Of a stretch of 64,000 nt of DNA, positions 50,196 through 62,869 are shown piece by piece. The notes below the pieces were generated by a model. It searched no databases. It had not been told where the DNA came from and was given only the letters and a program-made list of their open reading frames with translations. The stretch comes from Lama glama (Eukaryota). The stretch spans positions 6,758,001 to 6,822,000 of the forward strand of contig CM052817.1 of NCBI GenBank assembly GCA_028534125.1, written 5' to 3'. Position 1 is the stretch's first letter. Each line of letters opens with the position of its first letter. Both the position numbers and the translations under genes were made by a program.

Positions 50196-51334
50196 TCCCT
50201 GGTGTTCTGCACTGCTAACAAGGGCCCATTCTGGCATTTCATTTCCGATGGGTTAATCACTGTAGAGAAAGAAGGCTGATTTTCCAGGAGGGTGTCAGGG
50301 ATCTCAAAGGGAGCCAAGGGCTCTCACTGGTAATTTCCCTCCTGGAGGAGGTACTTTAAGACTGGAAGAGCCAGAGGGACGTGCTGCTCCCCGTGACTGT
50401 ACCAACATCCCCAAGAGGAAGTCTCTACGTTGTTCTGCACCACCAGCAGCCTTCCTCTGGAGAGACAGCATATGCTGCACCGACACCTCCTCTGTCTCAG
50501 ATGTCATGGCACCACCAGCAAAAGGCAACGCCTTGCAGAGAGCGCTCCCTGGGAAACACCTCTTCGAGATGCAGGCAGTTCAGGCGTCACTGAGCAGAAG
50601 CGTTTCATTCCTGCAGAGACTGTTGTCACTGGATTTTATTATTCTGATCTTTTGAGCATCTTTTCAATGACAACAAAAGTCAATGCATTCTTCTGGGGGA
50701 AGCCATCGGAGCATCGGTAATGAGCTGTGCAAGGAGCCTGTGTCATCGGCGTAAACTCTGGGGAAAGAGAGGCACTTTGTTCCCAGAGCTCACATGGTGT
50801 GACCCGCTCACCGTGCAAAGTGTTAATATTTCGCCTCGTGCTTGTCTCACGGTGCCACTGCCAGCACTGAGGAAGCTTTGGGGGAGTTTGCTGTACATTC
50901 TGTGAAGGCTGCATGGAGCCGAGCCAGATGTCAGCGTGTGAACCAGAGCCCTTCTGCAGAATTCGTGACTGTTCACTTTATTCTCTAGCAACTCCATAGA
51001 AACTAAAATATGTGTGTTTGGAGGGAAGGATGTGTACTTTCTTGTCCTCAGTCAGATGACAGCGTCACATGGTGTGTGGAGGGTGATGGCAGTCATTGAC
51101 GACTTTCTCTCCTGAACTGCAGCAAAACGCTCCCATCAGGTCAATTACTTCCTTAAAGTCCACTAGCTTCCCCCACCTTCCAGATGGAAGTCGTTCCAAT
51201 TTTCCCAATAAATCTGGAAGCTTCAGTCTGTTCTATTCTACTGTTTTCAAAATTTGGCAATTCTTTTTTTTCTTTTGTTTCTTTTTTATTTTTCCGTGTT
51301 TCACTGAAAGAAAGGTAATCTCTAGATTTACTAT

Positions 51335-51625
51335 CAAATAAATGTATTTACATAAACATATATTTATATATTAAAGATGGATAAATTTGTTTACTTAATA
51401 TTTATTTAGTATCTACATACTATAATTATATATGCATTCTGTAATATATAAATATTACATACAATGTTTATAATTTATAATACAGATATAATAAGTATAT
51501 ATCATTATATATTTTCTCCAATAGATAAATAAATAACAAATGATTATAAAATTATTTTACATATCATATATAAGATATCTATATAAATGTATTATTTGGT
51601 TAGATATTATGGAGTAAAATATAAA
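51335..51625. repeat. AT-rich low-complexity tract
   Basis: ~290 bp dominated by A/T with many TATA/ATAT runs. Confidence 0.85.
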
Positions 51626-52611
51626 GCAACAGACCTGTTATATGGCAAATTCTTCGTTCTCTCCTTTTCTTTATACTCCAGCCTTCATAGGGATGTTTAA
51701 ACAGATTCCTCACATGGCACACATATCATTCTCATCGTATTTGGATAAATGGGCAAATATGGAACAAGTAACTAGAGTTAAGGGGAGGCAGACCAGATCG
51801 GCAGAGAGTGCTGAGACCAAATAGTGGGTAAGTTTTCCAAAGAGACAGAGAGCTGGTCCATGAGCAGGACGAGAGGAGAAAAGTCGCATGAACTGTTCGA
51901 CTGTTAGGGAGTCTCATCCAGCAACACAGCAGAATATGCAAAGTCTGTCACCACTGGGAACAGGTGGTCTTCCCTCTCACTGTGCCGCAGGTAATGGGAG
52001 GAAGCTATTACAATAAGGAGCATCGTTTTAAGAATGATGAGCTATGAAGTTGGAAAGTTCCTGGCAGTTTAAAAGCAACCACAGATACATAAAGAAATGC
52101 ACTGATGTTGCCAGGTTACTTGAAAGTGCATCCCAAAACAGCATGGATTGGTGAATCCAGTGATGAGCAGGTGGGCAGATACATAATGAAGCAAGTGTAG
52201 AAACCTGCCGATCATCGATGTTCACTCTACAGGTCTGTGGGCCTTTGCTGTAAGGTTCCTGCAGCTTTGCTGTGTATTTGAAAATTTTGTACTAAAAGTT
52301 GGGATCAAGGGACTTGTCAGACTTGATCTTACGCAATGAACTCTGTCATCTTGAGAGCTCATTTATCTTATTTCCTTCTTGAGGAAACTGAGGCTCCCAC
52401 AAGGGATGTACATGGTAGTAGGTGTGGCAGACCTATTGGGACATGGTGGTGAGGGGCAAGGGTTGACTTTCTGACTCAGTTTGGTTCTCAGCATTGCGAT
52501 CTTCAATAGTGCCAGCCGCAGTGCCCTTAGCCTCAGTTTTCTTATCTATCAAAGGGTCGAATGACACCTATCTCATAAGGTTGTTGTGAACATTACACAA
52601 GATAATCTGTG

Positions 52612-53087
52612 GTATATTTATACAATGGAATACTACTCAGCCATAAAAACCGACAACATAACACCATTTGCAGCAGCATGGATGCTCCTGGAGAATGTCA
52701 TTCTAAGTGAAGTAAGCCAGAAAGAGAAAGAAAAATACCATATGAGATCACTCATATGTGGAATCTAAAAATAAAATAAAATAAAATAACAAACAAAACA
52801 TAAATACAAAACAGAAATAGACTCATAGACATAGAATACAAACTTGCGGTTGCCAAGGGGGCAGAGGGTGGGAAGGGATAGACTGGGGTTTCAAAACTGT
52901 AGAATAGATAAACAAGATTATACTGTGTAGCACAGGGAAATATACACAAGATCTTATGGTAGCTCACAGAGAAAAAAATGTGACAATGAATATATATATG
53001 TTCATGTATAACTGAAAAATTGTGCTGAACACTGGAATTTGACACAACATTGTAAAATGATTATAAATCAATAAAAAATGTTAAAAA
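52612..53087 (+). mobile_element. young camelid L1, 5'-truncated (ORF2 C-terminus + 3' UTR), copy C, inserted in a MIR
   Basis: Encodes YIYTMEYYSAIKTDNITPFAAAWMLLENVILSEVSQKEKEKYHMRSLICGI*; 13-bp TSD AAGATAATCTGTG (52599-52611 / 53088-53100); MIR core on left flank. Confidence 0.95.
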
Positions 53088-53954
53088 AAGATAATCTGTG
53101 TAAACAGGTAAATTGCATATTACTTTAAATCCAGATGTGATATGGTCTTCCATTCTTAGAATCAAAGTAGCCTGAGGCAAAGCAAGAAGAAACAAAGATA
53201 ATTTAGGAGAAGTGAACTGAGAAGCTAATATCTAAGATTCTGTATTTCCAGGCAAATACTGACTACTCTTAATTTTCAGATGGTTCATTCTACAGACATA
53301 GGAACCCTTTGTTTTGATTTTTATCATTGGATGAAATGATTAATAATGCTGTTTTCTGCATGTTAACATTTTCCACCACATTTTGCATTATTTCTGCCCT
53401 CCCAATCTGCACATTTAGCACTTTGCAATTTAGTACCAGCAACAGGTTTTTCTTCCTCTGTTTTTATTTTTGTTTAATCTCTTCTCCATGATTTTTAATA
53501 AAAATGTTAATTAAGATCCAACCCCAAACTGACCCCCTGTTGCTTTATTCCTCATGGTTCTAAGCTCCTTCCTCTCCTGCCCCTCCAAGCACTGCTGCCT
53601 GTAGCTAAATGTGATGGAACCTCCAGTTTTTATCAAGGATTTTGTTTAACTTCTTAGTCGAGTCTTGGTTCCAGCGGCTTGAATTCCATTTATAGTAAAC
53701 GCGAGAAGGAATCTGTCCTAAACTTACAACTCTAGCTCAAATTGCTCATTTAATCTAAAACTGCGTCATCTGTTAAATTGCCTTCTGCTAAACATGCAGG
53801 CTGTTTCTATTTCTCTCTCTCTCCACGGTGTGCTTCCCCCTTCACTCCTCAGCCGACAGTGTCTTTACTTCCATAATTCACCCTCCCTGCACCTTCAGGT
53901 GATGCTCAAAGAATTTCAACATAGAGGCAGGTGGAGAGGTGGAGGAATAGGATT

Positions 53955-54130
53955 AGGTCAGGGGTTTCCCGTTGGGGTTGCACATTTAGAATACTTGGAG
54001 GAGATGTGCAAAGTGGGACCACCCGACTACCAGACATTCTGATTCAGTTTATCTGGGTGATGGTCATGCGTTAGTAATCTGAAAAGCCTTCCAGAAGATT
54101 CTAACAAGCAGGCAAGGTGGATAACCACCG
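53955..54130 (+). mobile_element. MER5B-like hAT MITE
   Basis: 'tgcacatttagaatacttggagg...agacattctgattcagtttatctggg...ccagaagattctaa'. Confidence 0.7.
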
Positions 54131-54967
54131 AATAGGCGGATCAAATTTCCTAGAAGTGGGGGCAGTCCATGAAACAGAATTTCTAACAAGCATCCTTCCC
54201 CCGAGCATTTCACATGTCGAAAAAAAAGAGAAACCAATTGGCCTTAATTATTTATAAGGTGGAGAAAAATAAAAGTAGTTGCGTGACTGCTGTTGTGAGG
54301 ATGAACTGGCTTAAAAATCCACATTGGTAATTTAGAACACACTTCAGTAGTGCCCTTCTTATTGGCATTGTGCCTTATGATTTAAAACTTCTTTATTTAT
54401 CTGGGGAAAAATTCCCCAAAGAGGCTAACTGATCCAAGGTTATAATTAGTCAATTACGTAACAAGCACTTGAACTCCGAACTTCTGTCATGGAATCCACT
54501 TTTATTCCCACTTCTTATTTCCACCACACTATGCAATTCATTTGCTTTAAATAGAAAGTTGCTATATAAAGCAACCCACTGGCTTTGGCTATTATGAGAA
54601 CCTGCAGGCAAGGAATAAGGACATCTCAGTACAAACACAAAGTGTCAGATCTTTTTGTGTCTCTGTGCCTGAGCTCATTCTATGACTGGAATGGCTTTCT
54701 TTAGAAAGGTTCATTTTAGGTTCATTTGAAATGCCACCGTCTATATGGCCTCTTTTCTGGTGTTCCAGCTAATGTCTCCTTTTCCTACCATCTCACAGCA
54801 CCTTCTGAATTATGACAGCACTTACACAGGTGCCTTGTGTATTATTTTCCCCCTACTTCCCTCTGATGGAAGGAACTTTGCTTTGTAAAACTTGACATTT
54901 TAAGAACTCAAATCATTTACTGTTACTGTGTCCAAAACAGTAAATGGGTCATTGACACATTTTTGCT

Positions 54968-55013
54968 GAATGAATGAATGGATGGATGGATGGATGGATG
55001 GCTGCCTGGATGG
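54968..55013. repeat. (TGAA)n(TGGA)n, L2 tail-derived
   Basis: directly visible, at the end of an L2 3' remnant. Confidence 0.85.
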
Positions 55014-56329
55014 ACTTATGAGTAAACGATGGAATGCATTTTTGTTTCTGGGTTTGGTGTCACGTTATTACACTCAATTCCCTCAAGTTATAAGGTAGAG
55101 ACATTCAGAGACTAAGCTACTCTTAGAAATGTCATCAATTTATGATTTATCCAGCCACTAATTCTAACTATTTACAGGATTACCTACTCTGAATTTAGGA
55201 GACGAAAAGTTCATGCCCCTTAGAACTGCTCAGAGGGGCAGTTGGTGAGATGCAGAGTTCAGATTTAACAAAAGCCATATGGTCTCTTTGGGGTTCATCT
55301 CTAAATTGCTACTGCTGAGGCAGGTCACTGGTTTCCCAACTATAGTAATGTAGAACTCGAAATTTAATGAGATGAAATAATATTAAAAATAAAATATTTT
55401 TTCTTTGAAAATATAGAATAATGATGAGCTTTCTCAACCATAGAGAAATGCTAATTTTTAAGTTTGAATTTCCTTTTCTTCATCCATAAAGTGGATAAAG
55501 GGAAAACTTGGGAACAGAAGCAAACCAGGTTCCAGAATCCTTGTTTTCCTCCCCTCCACCATCAACATGGGACCCAAGTAGATAAAGAGTTTTGAAATCC
55601 CACGGGGATGAGGAAGCCAGATGACCAAGGGACTGGCGGCAAGCTTCCTCTGATGCGGGCATGGTAGACCACAGACATTCAGGCGTAGATCTGCTTGGAG
55701 CTGCCCCAGCTTCATCCTGGCTGCTGCTGTGTGATGGCGCGTGTCTGTGGTGGTGGCACCAGTGTGAGGCAGCTGGGTGGTGAGTAAGTGACAGCATCCC
55801 TGGTTCCCCGCGGCCTGCAGGAGATCTCAGTACTCCCATGTGCCTAGAAGGAGGTTCGACGTTTCTGAGAGCAAGGATTCAAGGCTAAGAAGACCCTAAG
55901 GATGGAGATTCCAAGAGCATGGATTCATGGGAATGTCCACACATAGTACTTCCCCAGAGGTGGTCAGGGACAGGGCATCACAGTGGACACTAATCCACAG
56001 AAGAAACAGATGCAGTCATTGCAGGCACGGATCACCAAGGAAGCAGAGGATGCACTGTGTGGACCAGGGACCTCCCTCAGCCCACAGCCCCTGTGAGGAT
56101 GCGGTATATTCCTCCCACTCCCTTGCGGCATCTTAGAAAGCAGGCTGGGGTGTGGGGTGGCAGGGTGGGGAATCTTGGACTGAACATTGCCTACAGGCAC
56201 ACATATTATTGATTTCTAGATTATCCTTAATTTAGACCCTGTCACTCACCTAGCTGATATTTGAGGGAGGGCTCTAGTGAAAGAGCAATCGTTTTTTGGC
56301 AAAATAAAAAACCTACATTTTTTCTGGGT

Positions 56330-56396
56330 ACACACACACACACCACACACACACACCACACACACACACACACCACACACACACCACACACACACA
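56330..56396. repeat. interrupted (CA)n/(CACCA) microsatellite
   Basis: directly visible. Confidence 0.95.
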
Positions 56397-57269
56397 ACGT
56401 TTTCTTTAGCATCTGGCATATGCTACTACTTGTCTATATATAACTGGCACTTAGTTATTTTAAGTTTCTTGTTTCCTCATATTTATTATGAAGAAAACAT
56501 CTTAAATCCCAGATGTTCTGGTACCTGACCTCCCCACTCCCCACAAAGGCTTTCTGAACCACATAACCTGTGAAGCCCCCTCAAGCACTAACCATGATTT
56601 GAGTAATTTTATTTTAGCCTTAAATAAAGTTTCGATTTTCATAAGGCATTCCAATTTTTAACACTTGAAATATGTCTTGCGCCTTCTATAACTTTGGCAA
56701 AGATACTGGAACTAGTATTAGACTCTCTGGAGTTATGCTTCAGATTCAAACAAACAAATGCGACTTTGGTCACCTGTACAACGTGTGTAAGGCTTACCAC
56801 ACCTGTGCCTCAGTTTACAGCATGCGTATGAAATGCACCATGGTTTCCCTTCCAGGCTGGGGAGGGGGGCACAACGTAGCCCTACACATGTTCTGTTTAC
56901 GCCAAAAATCTTGGCTGTAAATTTCAGCTCTGTCATTTCCATGACTGTTTGATCTTGGACAACAGACTCTGACTGGCTTACATCATCTAAACTCATCTGT
57001 AACTCTACATCATGGCGCTCCCCCAAGAGAAAATGAAGACTGCGGGATGCACAGAACAGTGTGGGCTCGCTTATACTCTTCCCTCTGAGCCCAGAATAGG
57101 ACAGCCTCTCACACAGTAAGATTCAGGATGGGTGGATGCCGAGAGAATGCACATAGAAACGTTGTGTCTTTTTTTTCTTACTACTTTGATTGTTGAATTC
57201 TTTGACTTCCTTCAAGGCGTTTTATGTGAAATTATTGGCGATTCTCCCCTTCAGCACGTGTCTTCTCTT

Positions 57270-58520
57270 AGCACCTACTGCGTGTCAAGTGTGGCACTAC
57301 GTATTGTGAACATGGAGATAAGCAGGTCTGTCTCTGGCGTTTGGTAGAGTTTGGATGGTGGAGGGAAGAGCCAACCATCACAAGTGCTCAGGGGGAGGCT
57401 GTAGTGCAGTGGTAGAGGGCGTGCTAGCGTGCACGAGGTCCTGGGTTCACTCCTCAGTCCCTCCATTAAAAATAAATAAATAAAGGAATAAACCTGATTA
57501 CCTCCTTCCTACCAAATCAGTAAATTAATTAATTATTTTTTTTTTAATTTTAAAAAACAAGTGTTCTAAAGACACTTGGGAAACACAAAATAAGGATGTG
57601 CTTTGGGTAATTGATCCTAGAGAAGAAGCACTTAACATAATTTAAGAGGGTCATAGAGGTTCTTGGAGAAGGTGCTGATGGAACACATCTCCAAAGATAA
57701 GTAGGCAAGACAAGGCAACACAGAGCATATTTTCTTGAGAAAAAAAAATGGTCAAAGACAAAATGATAGATTGGTGGTATTGGAATGTAGCAAGAGAAGT
57801 GGTTAGTGATACAGAAGAGGTAGCCTGGGGTGGATCCCAAATGTTTATTGAGAGCTTTGTATGTGCCAGGCACTTTTCAAGAAATCAAGAATCCAGCAGG
57901 GAATGTGGCAGACACGTTCTCTCTTGGAGCTTACACTGAATGGAAAAAGACAGATAGCAGTGGGTAAGCCTAAACTTAGGAGATATTTTGAGACTGTGAT
58001 TAAACTAGGCAAGAAATCAAGAGGGCAATGCCAAGAAGTGATGTGCACTGGGGGAAGAGTGCTTTAGAAGGGGCACATGAGGACAGCGTCTCTAGAGAGG
58101 TACCAGGAAATCTGAAGAGGAAGAGAAGCCATCCACGTGAAGAACTGAGGCAATGGCATGCCTGGAAGACAGAACAGAATGTGCAAAGGCCCTGAGGTGA
58201 GTTGGAAAAGAGCTTGGTGTATATGAGACACAGGAAGATGCTCAAGGTTGAACTTAGGGTGGAGGAGGTTAGAAAGGCGGGTGGTGGTGAGATGCAGCCG
58301 AGCCTTTTGAACTCAGCCAGGACTTTGTGTTTTGCTCTGAGTGTGTGATGGAAAGCCTTGAGGGTGTTTTAAGCAGAGGAATAACATGATTTCAGGAATA
58401 GTTTTTAAAAGATCACTGTGGTGACTGCATGGAGAAGCATCGCAGGGAACAAGCCCAGACAAAGGCAGCTCAGGTCTGAGGCTTTAGCTGTTGTGCAGGT
58501 GACAGGTGATGACAGCCTGG
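57270..58520 (-). mobile_element. L2 fragments (two 3' ends), first one interrupted by the camelid SINE
   Basis: 'aaatgtttattgagagctttgtatgtgccaggcac', 'tgtgcaaaggccctgagg', 'ttttaagcagaggaataacatgat...ttttaaaagatcact'. Confidence 0.8.
57391..57556 (+). mobile_element. camelid tRNA-derived SINE (Vic-1-like)
   Basis: GGGGGAGGCTGTAGTGCAGTGGTAGAG...GCACGAGGTCCTGGGTTCACTCC; A-box 57402-57412, B-box 57444-57453; 'aaataaa...aaacctgattacctcc' tail; 10-bp TSD acaagtgctc (57380-57389)/acaagtgttc (57557-57566). Confidence 0.9.
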
Positions 58521-60079
58521 ACTTCCTTGTTTCACTGGGCTGCTCTGTGAAAGGTGAGATGTGGTTGTGAGTTGACACCACTATCTCCCTCCAGGCTGTG
58601 TGAAGAATAAGGATGAGAAGAAAATAAATACATTGCTAGAAAGAGACGAGACAGAATCCCCAGTGTCTGACTTGATTTCAGTACGCTGCCAGCTTGCAGT
58701 GATCTTGCTGCATGAGACAGAGCCAGCTGGACAGGTGATGTCACAGTTTCAATAGATACACTGGAATGCTGGGAGGTTAGGTAACTTTTGTCAAGGAAAC
58801 TCTTGTAGCATGTAGATTAACTCAAACTTGAACTAAGTTTGGACTGTTTTTAGACCTCATACCTCCCTAGTGTGACCTAACAAACCCCAGGCTGCAGGTC
58901 AGTGAGCTAATTCTTTAAAACCCTTTAAACATTCAGGCCACTTACCAGTGACTCCAAAGGCCAGGGGTGAGTTCCACGGGCTTGTGCCCAGAGCAGGTGA
59001 ATTCAGATGTGCCACATGTAGCCTGTCCACTTACAATCACAGCACAATGTCAATTATTTAATTGAGGAAAAGAGATGATTGTCAGTGCATACAGTGGTGC
59101 TCCACTTGGAAGAGGACAGGTCCAAAGTTCTGGCTTACTGTGCCTCTACAAATGATAATATGAATAAAGAAAAGGCTACTGCGTTTGTGTGAGGGCACCA
59201 ACTCACTAGGCCACTGGCTGACTTACTCTGACGTGCAACATTTTTGTTTTCAGACGTCCTAAAACATCCACAGTCTGAGGTGGGGATGAGGAAGAGCAGC
59301 GCTACTGTCTGAGAAAGTGTTGTCAGTGTGCACGCAGATTCCAAGGAGCTTTCGGCTGGGGTTTAGAATGATGTTAACCATTCTCATCACTTTGAATCTG
59401 ACTAAAGTTGACTTTGACACCGAGCACGTTAGGTCTGTCTTTGGGGTAGAAGATTAGTGTGTTTATTTGGCGTACATACCAACATCCTGAAATGTCAACT
59501 TTTTAAAATGTCATGTCATAATATTATTGAGGATGTTCTTTTTGAAAACAAAATATGGTATTGGTCTTTCTCTTTGTCCTGGCTGTACTGAAGTAGAAAA
59601 TAGATCAGAAACGTGTTACCAAATATCCGATTTAAGTCTTTTAAATTACTCTATGTCTGGTGGAGGATGCTCGCTCACAGAGGCGAATGTCATATTGACT
59701 TTATCCGGGTTAAGGAATATGACCCACAGTGTTTTTCAGTAAGCTCTTCTTTGAAGCTCTGTAAGTGTATTGCACATGTAGACACGATTCTTCGTTAAGG
59801 AGGAAAACAAAAGAATAGAACACTATAACAAAGATTTCACTATTCAGAATATGTAAATATATACATATACGTGCTATACATATTTTAACTTTTATATAAC
59901 TTATTTTTATACCCTACTTGGTTATGACAGCATCTGCACTGTTTCTGAATAAAGGCACAACTGGGGGGAAATACTGTTACGAGGCAAGTTAAAACACAAG
60001 TAAGGAATTTCTTGTTATTTAAACAAACCTACCGCCCACCCAACTAATAAAGCTGAATAAAATATTTCACAAACTTCTC

Positions 60080-61200
60080 AAAACCATCTAAAAGCTGATT
60101 AATAACTTACCAGGCTCAACTCAAGGAAAACTGGGAACCCAACAAGGTAAGACAGCCCCAAGGTCACTTGGCTCCTAACTCGTGAGTTCCTCGAGTAATG
60201 CGAGCATCCTCGTCTGTGGCCTGTGGAGTGTGGGGCACAGAAGTCAAGGTCCAGACCTGCACCAGGAGCCGGCTGAGCAGGAGGTCCTCCCACAGGAACC
60301 GGGGACCCAGGGCTGTGCCCCGCAGTGAGGGTGGTCGAGCAGTGGGCCACATTCCAGAGGACTACAGGCTGGGGTCCAGTCACAACGTGGGGGTGGAAAC
60401 CAATGAGACAGATGAAAAGCACACAGCAGAGAGTAAGTAAAGTTGAAAATCAGCAAAGATGCATCGAATCACCTAAACTCTGGTGAGCTTGATTGAGAAA
60501 ACAGGCGACACGAATAACCAACATGAGGGATTAAATAAGTCACTTTAGGACAGATAGGCACGAAAAAACAACAATAAACTCTAAGAACACTTTCATGGCA
60601 ATGCATCTGAGAATCAGGAGGACTTAGACATACGTCTGGGAGATGTGACTCTCTTGACATTGACCCAGATGTCAGAATTGTCCTACTCCCGTCACAGACA
60701 TTTAATTATCAACTGAGAATTTTCCCTTAAGGAAAAGTGCAAGTCTAGAAGGTTTCACCAGTAACTTCTACCAACCACTCAGGGAAGAAATATTTCCAGC
60801 CAATCCTACACCCATTCGGAGGTCTGTAATGTAACTGGCTGAATGACCATGAGTAACTCACCAAAACTCTTTGAAATATAATTTAACTAAGTTACACACA
60901 CACACACGCACACACACATCTATACAAAATGAATGTATATATTATTAAATATATTTTAGTATATAGATAACATATATTAAAATATATTTGTGCACAGTCT
61001 TGTGATGGACATACCTCTGCATATACATTTACGTAAACTTCAAACAAACATATACATATACATACATAAATATCCAGGCATGGGTACTTATATACATGTA
61101 TATAAACAAGATAGAAAAACACTAAACCAACTTTTTATAGCAATGTCTAAAAGGCATACGATATCATGATCAAATTGGTTTTATATCAGGAAGCTTCAAC
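60080..61200 (+). mobile_element. ancient L1 ORF2 fragments (decayed)
   Basis: 'aaaagtgcaagtctagaaggtttcaccagtaacttctaccaaccactcagggaagaa' corresponds to KSPGPDGFTxEFYQTFKEE; 'atatcatgatcaaattggttttatatcagg' corresponds to HHDQVGFIPG. Confidence 0.7.
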
Positions 61201-61569
61201 ACGTGTTTGGATTCATGCTTTTGTGTGACAGAGATGTTCAGCCTTAGGCTTCATAATAGGCATGCGGCCAGGAAACTGGAAGGCTGGATACTTGTACTGA
61301 TTCTTCTCTATTTAATGAATTTGCCTATAACCCACAAACAATTTAAACTGTTTAATACATTCATCTATAATCACAAACGTATTTAGAAGAGAGGGGAGGC
61401 GTTGCTAGACAGCTGAAGATAAAATATAGACCAGTACCTTAGAAATTCAAGAAAAATATTAAAAAAAATAGAATCATATCATTTGTGAGGATTCTGTTTG
61501 TAACTACTATTTTAAAGTCATTAAATAAATGTAAATAAAATATCAAATAGAAAAATATATATACACTTG

Positions 61570-61788
61570 CAGTTGGCCTTTGAACACCTGGGTTTTAATT
61601 GCACGGGTCCACTCAATCCCAGATGTTTTTCAATAAGCATGTACCACAGTACTGCATGGTCTGTGGTTGGTTGAATCTTCAGATGTGGAACTTCAGATAC
61701 AAAGGGCTGACTGTGAAGTTATACGTGGATTTTTCACTGGACAGGGGTGGGTGCCCCTAGCCCCCTTGTATTGTTTAAGAGTCAACTG
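61570..61788 (+). mobile_element. Tigger2-derived MITE (Tigger2a-like)
   Basis: TIRs cagttggcctttgaaca / ttgtttaagagtcaactg; 'gcacgggtccact', 'ggttggttgaatc'; followed by (GATA/GACA)n. Confidence 0.85.
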
Positions 61789-62869
61789 CATAGATAGACA
61801 GACAGACAGACAGATAGATAGAAAGATACCATTCTACCTGGCAACTTGCCAACGATGTTTTATTTGCTCCTCATAATGTCTCTAAGAGCTATGAAATACT
61901 GTTTTTAATTCAACAGATACAAAATTATTTGTAAAGGATTTTGGTAAGTTGCCATGATCATACAGATGCTTAAGTGAAAAAACACCAAATCTAAGTCTCT
62001 GCAAGTCTATTTGTTTATTTATTTTTTGCCAGCAGGAGGAAGAAAGGTAACATTTAAGTTCTTAGATTCCAGCCATGATACTCTTTCATTTCAACAACTA
62101 CATTTATTGTTTTCTGTACTTTAAAATTCATCCATCATAATTTCTTTAAATCATACAGCCAAAAGCCAGTACACATTATCATGCATAGATACTGTTCTGG
62201 AAGGTGCTCCCTAAACACCAGTGTTAGACCAAATGATGGATGAATACAAGTGAATAATCCAGGTGCTGTGTAGACTGCAGACATAGAGTTTCCAACCCTG
62301 GAGATCCGGATTCTGTACAGTGAGATGTGACTTGAGCATCTGTGCACAAAGGCTTCCTGGGAGATTCCGACACAGCCAGATCTGAGAATTGCTATCCCAG
62401 CCTCACTCCTTTACATCTTTCTACCAGCATGTTTTTTCCTTGTTCACCCAGCTAGCACCTCCACTGCCTTGCTCCTGCTCAGTCCTTGGGCTTGAGAACA
62501 GATGGATTTTTCTGATTTCTATAGATATTTTCTACATGGAACCCCTCAGCACTGAGCCTCAAGTGGCTCTTCCTGTTCCCATCTTGACCTAACTACAGAA
62601 CCTGTCACCGGCTGGCCTTAATCCACTGGGGCACGGCCCCTTCCCCGTTTGCCTACAACCTACCTGGGAGGAAAATTCTGTTTTTCTGAAAGAAATCTTA
62701 TCTGGAAATGGACATCCTATACTCACTCTGTTTAGACAAGCAAAACTATACAACAACCTGTTTTAAGTGGGGCAGCGACTACTGGATGCTACAGAGGATG
62801 TAGGAATTGCTCCAGCGGGTGTGTAGGGTATCTGGGGCTCAAACCCAGGCCAGTACAACCCCAGAACGG

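Noticed and set aside
57391-57465. tRNA gene
   Set aside because: Degenerate tRNA-like head continues into a SINE tail with TSD; it is a SINE.
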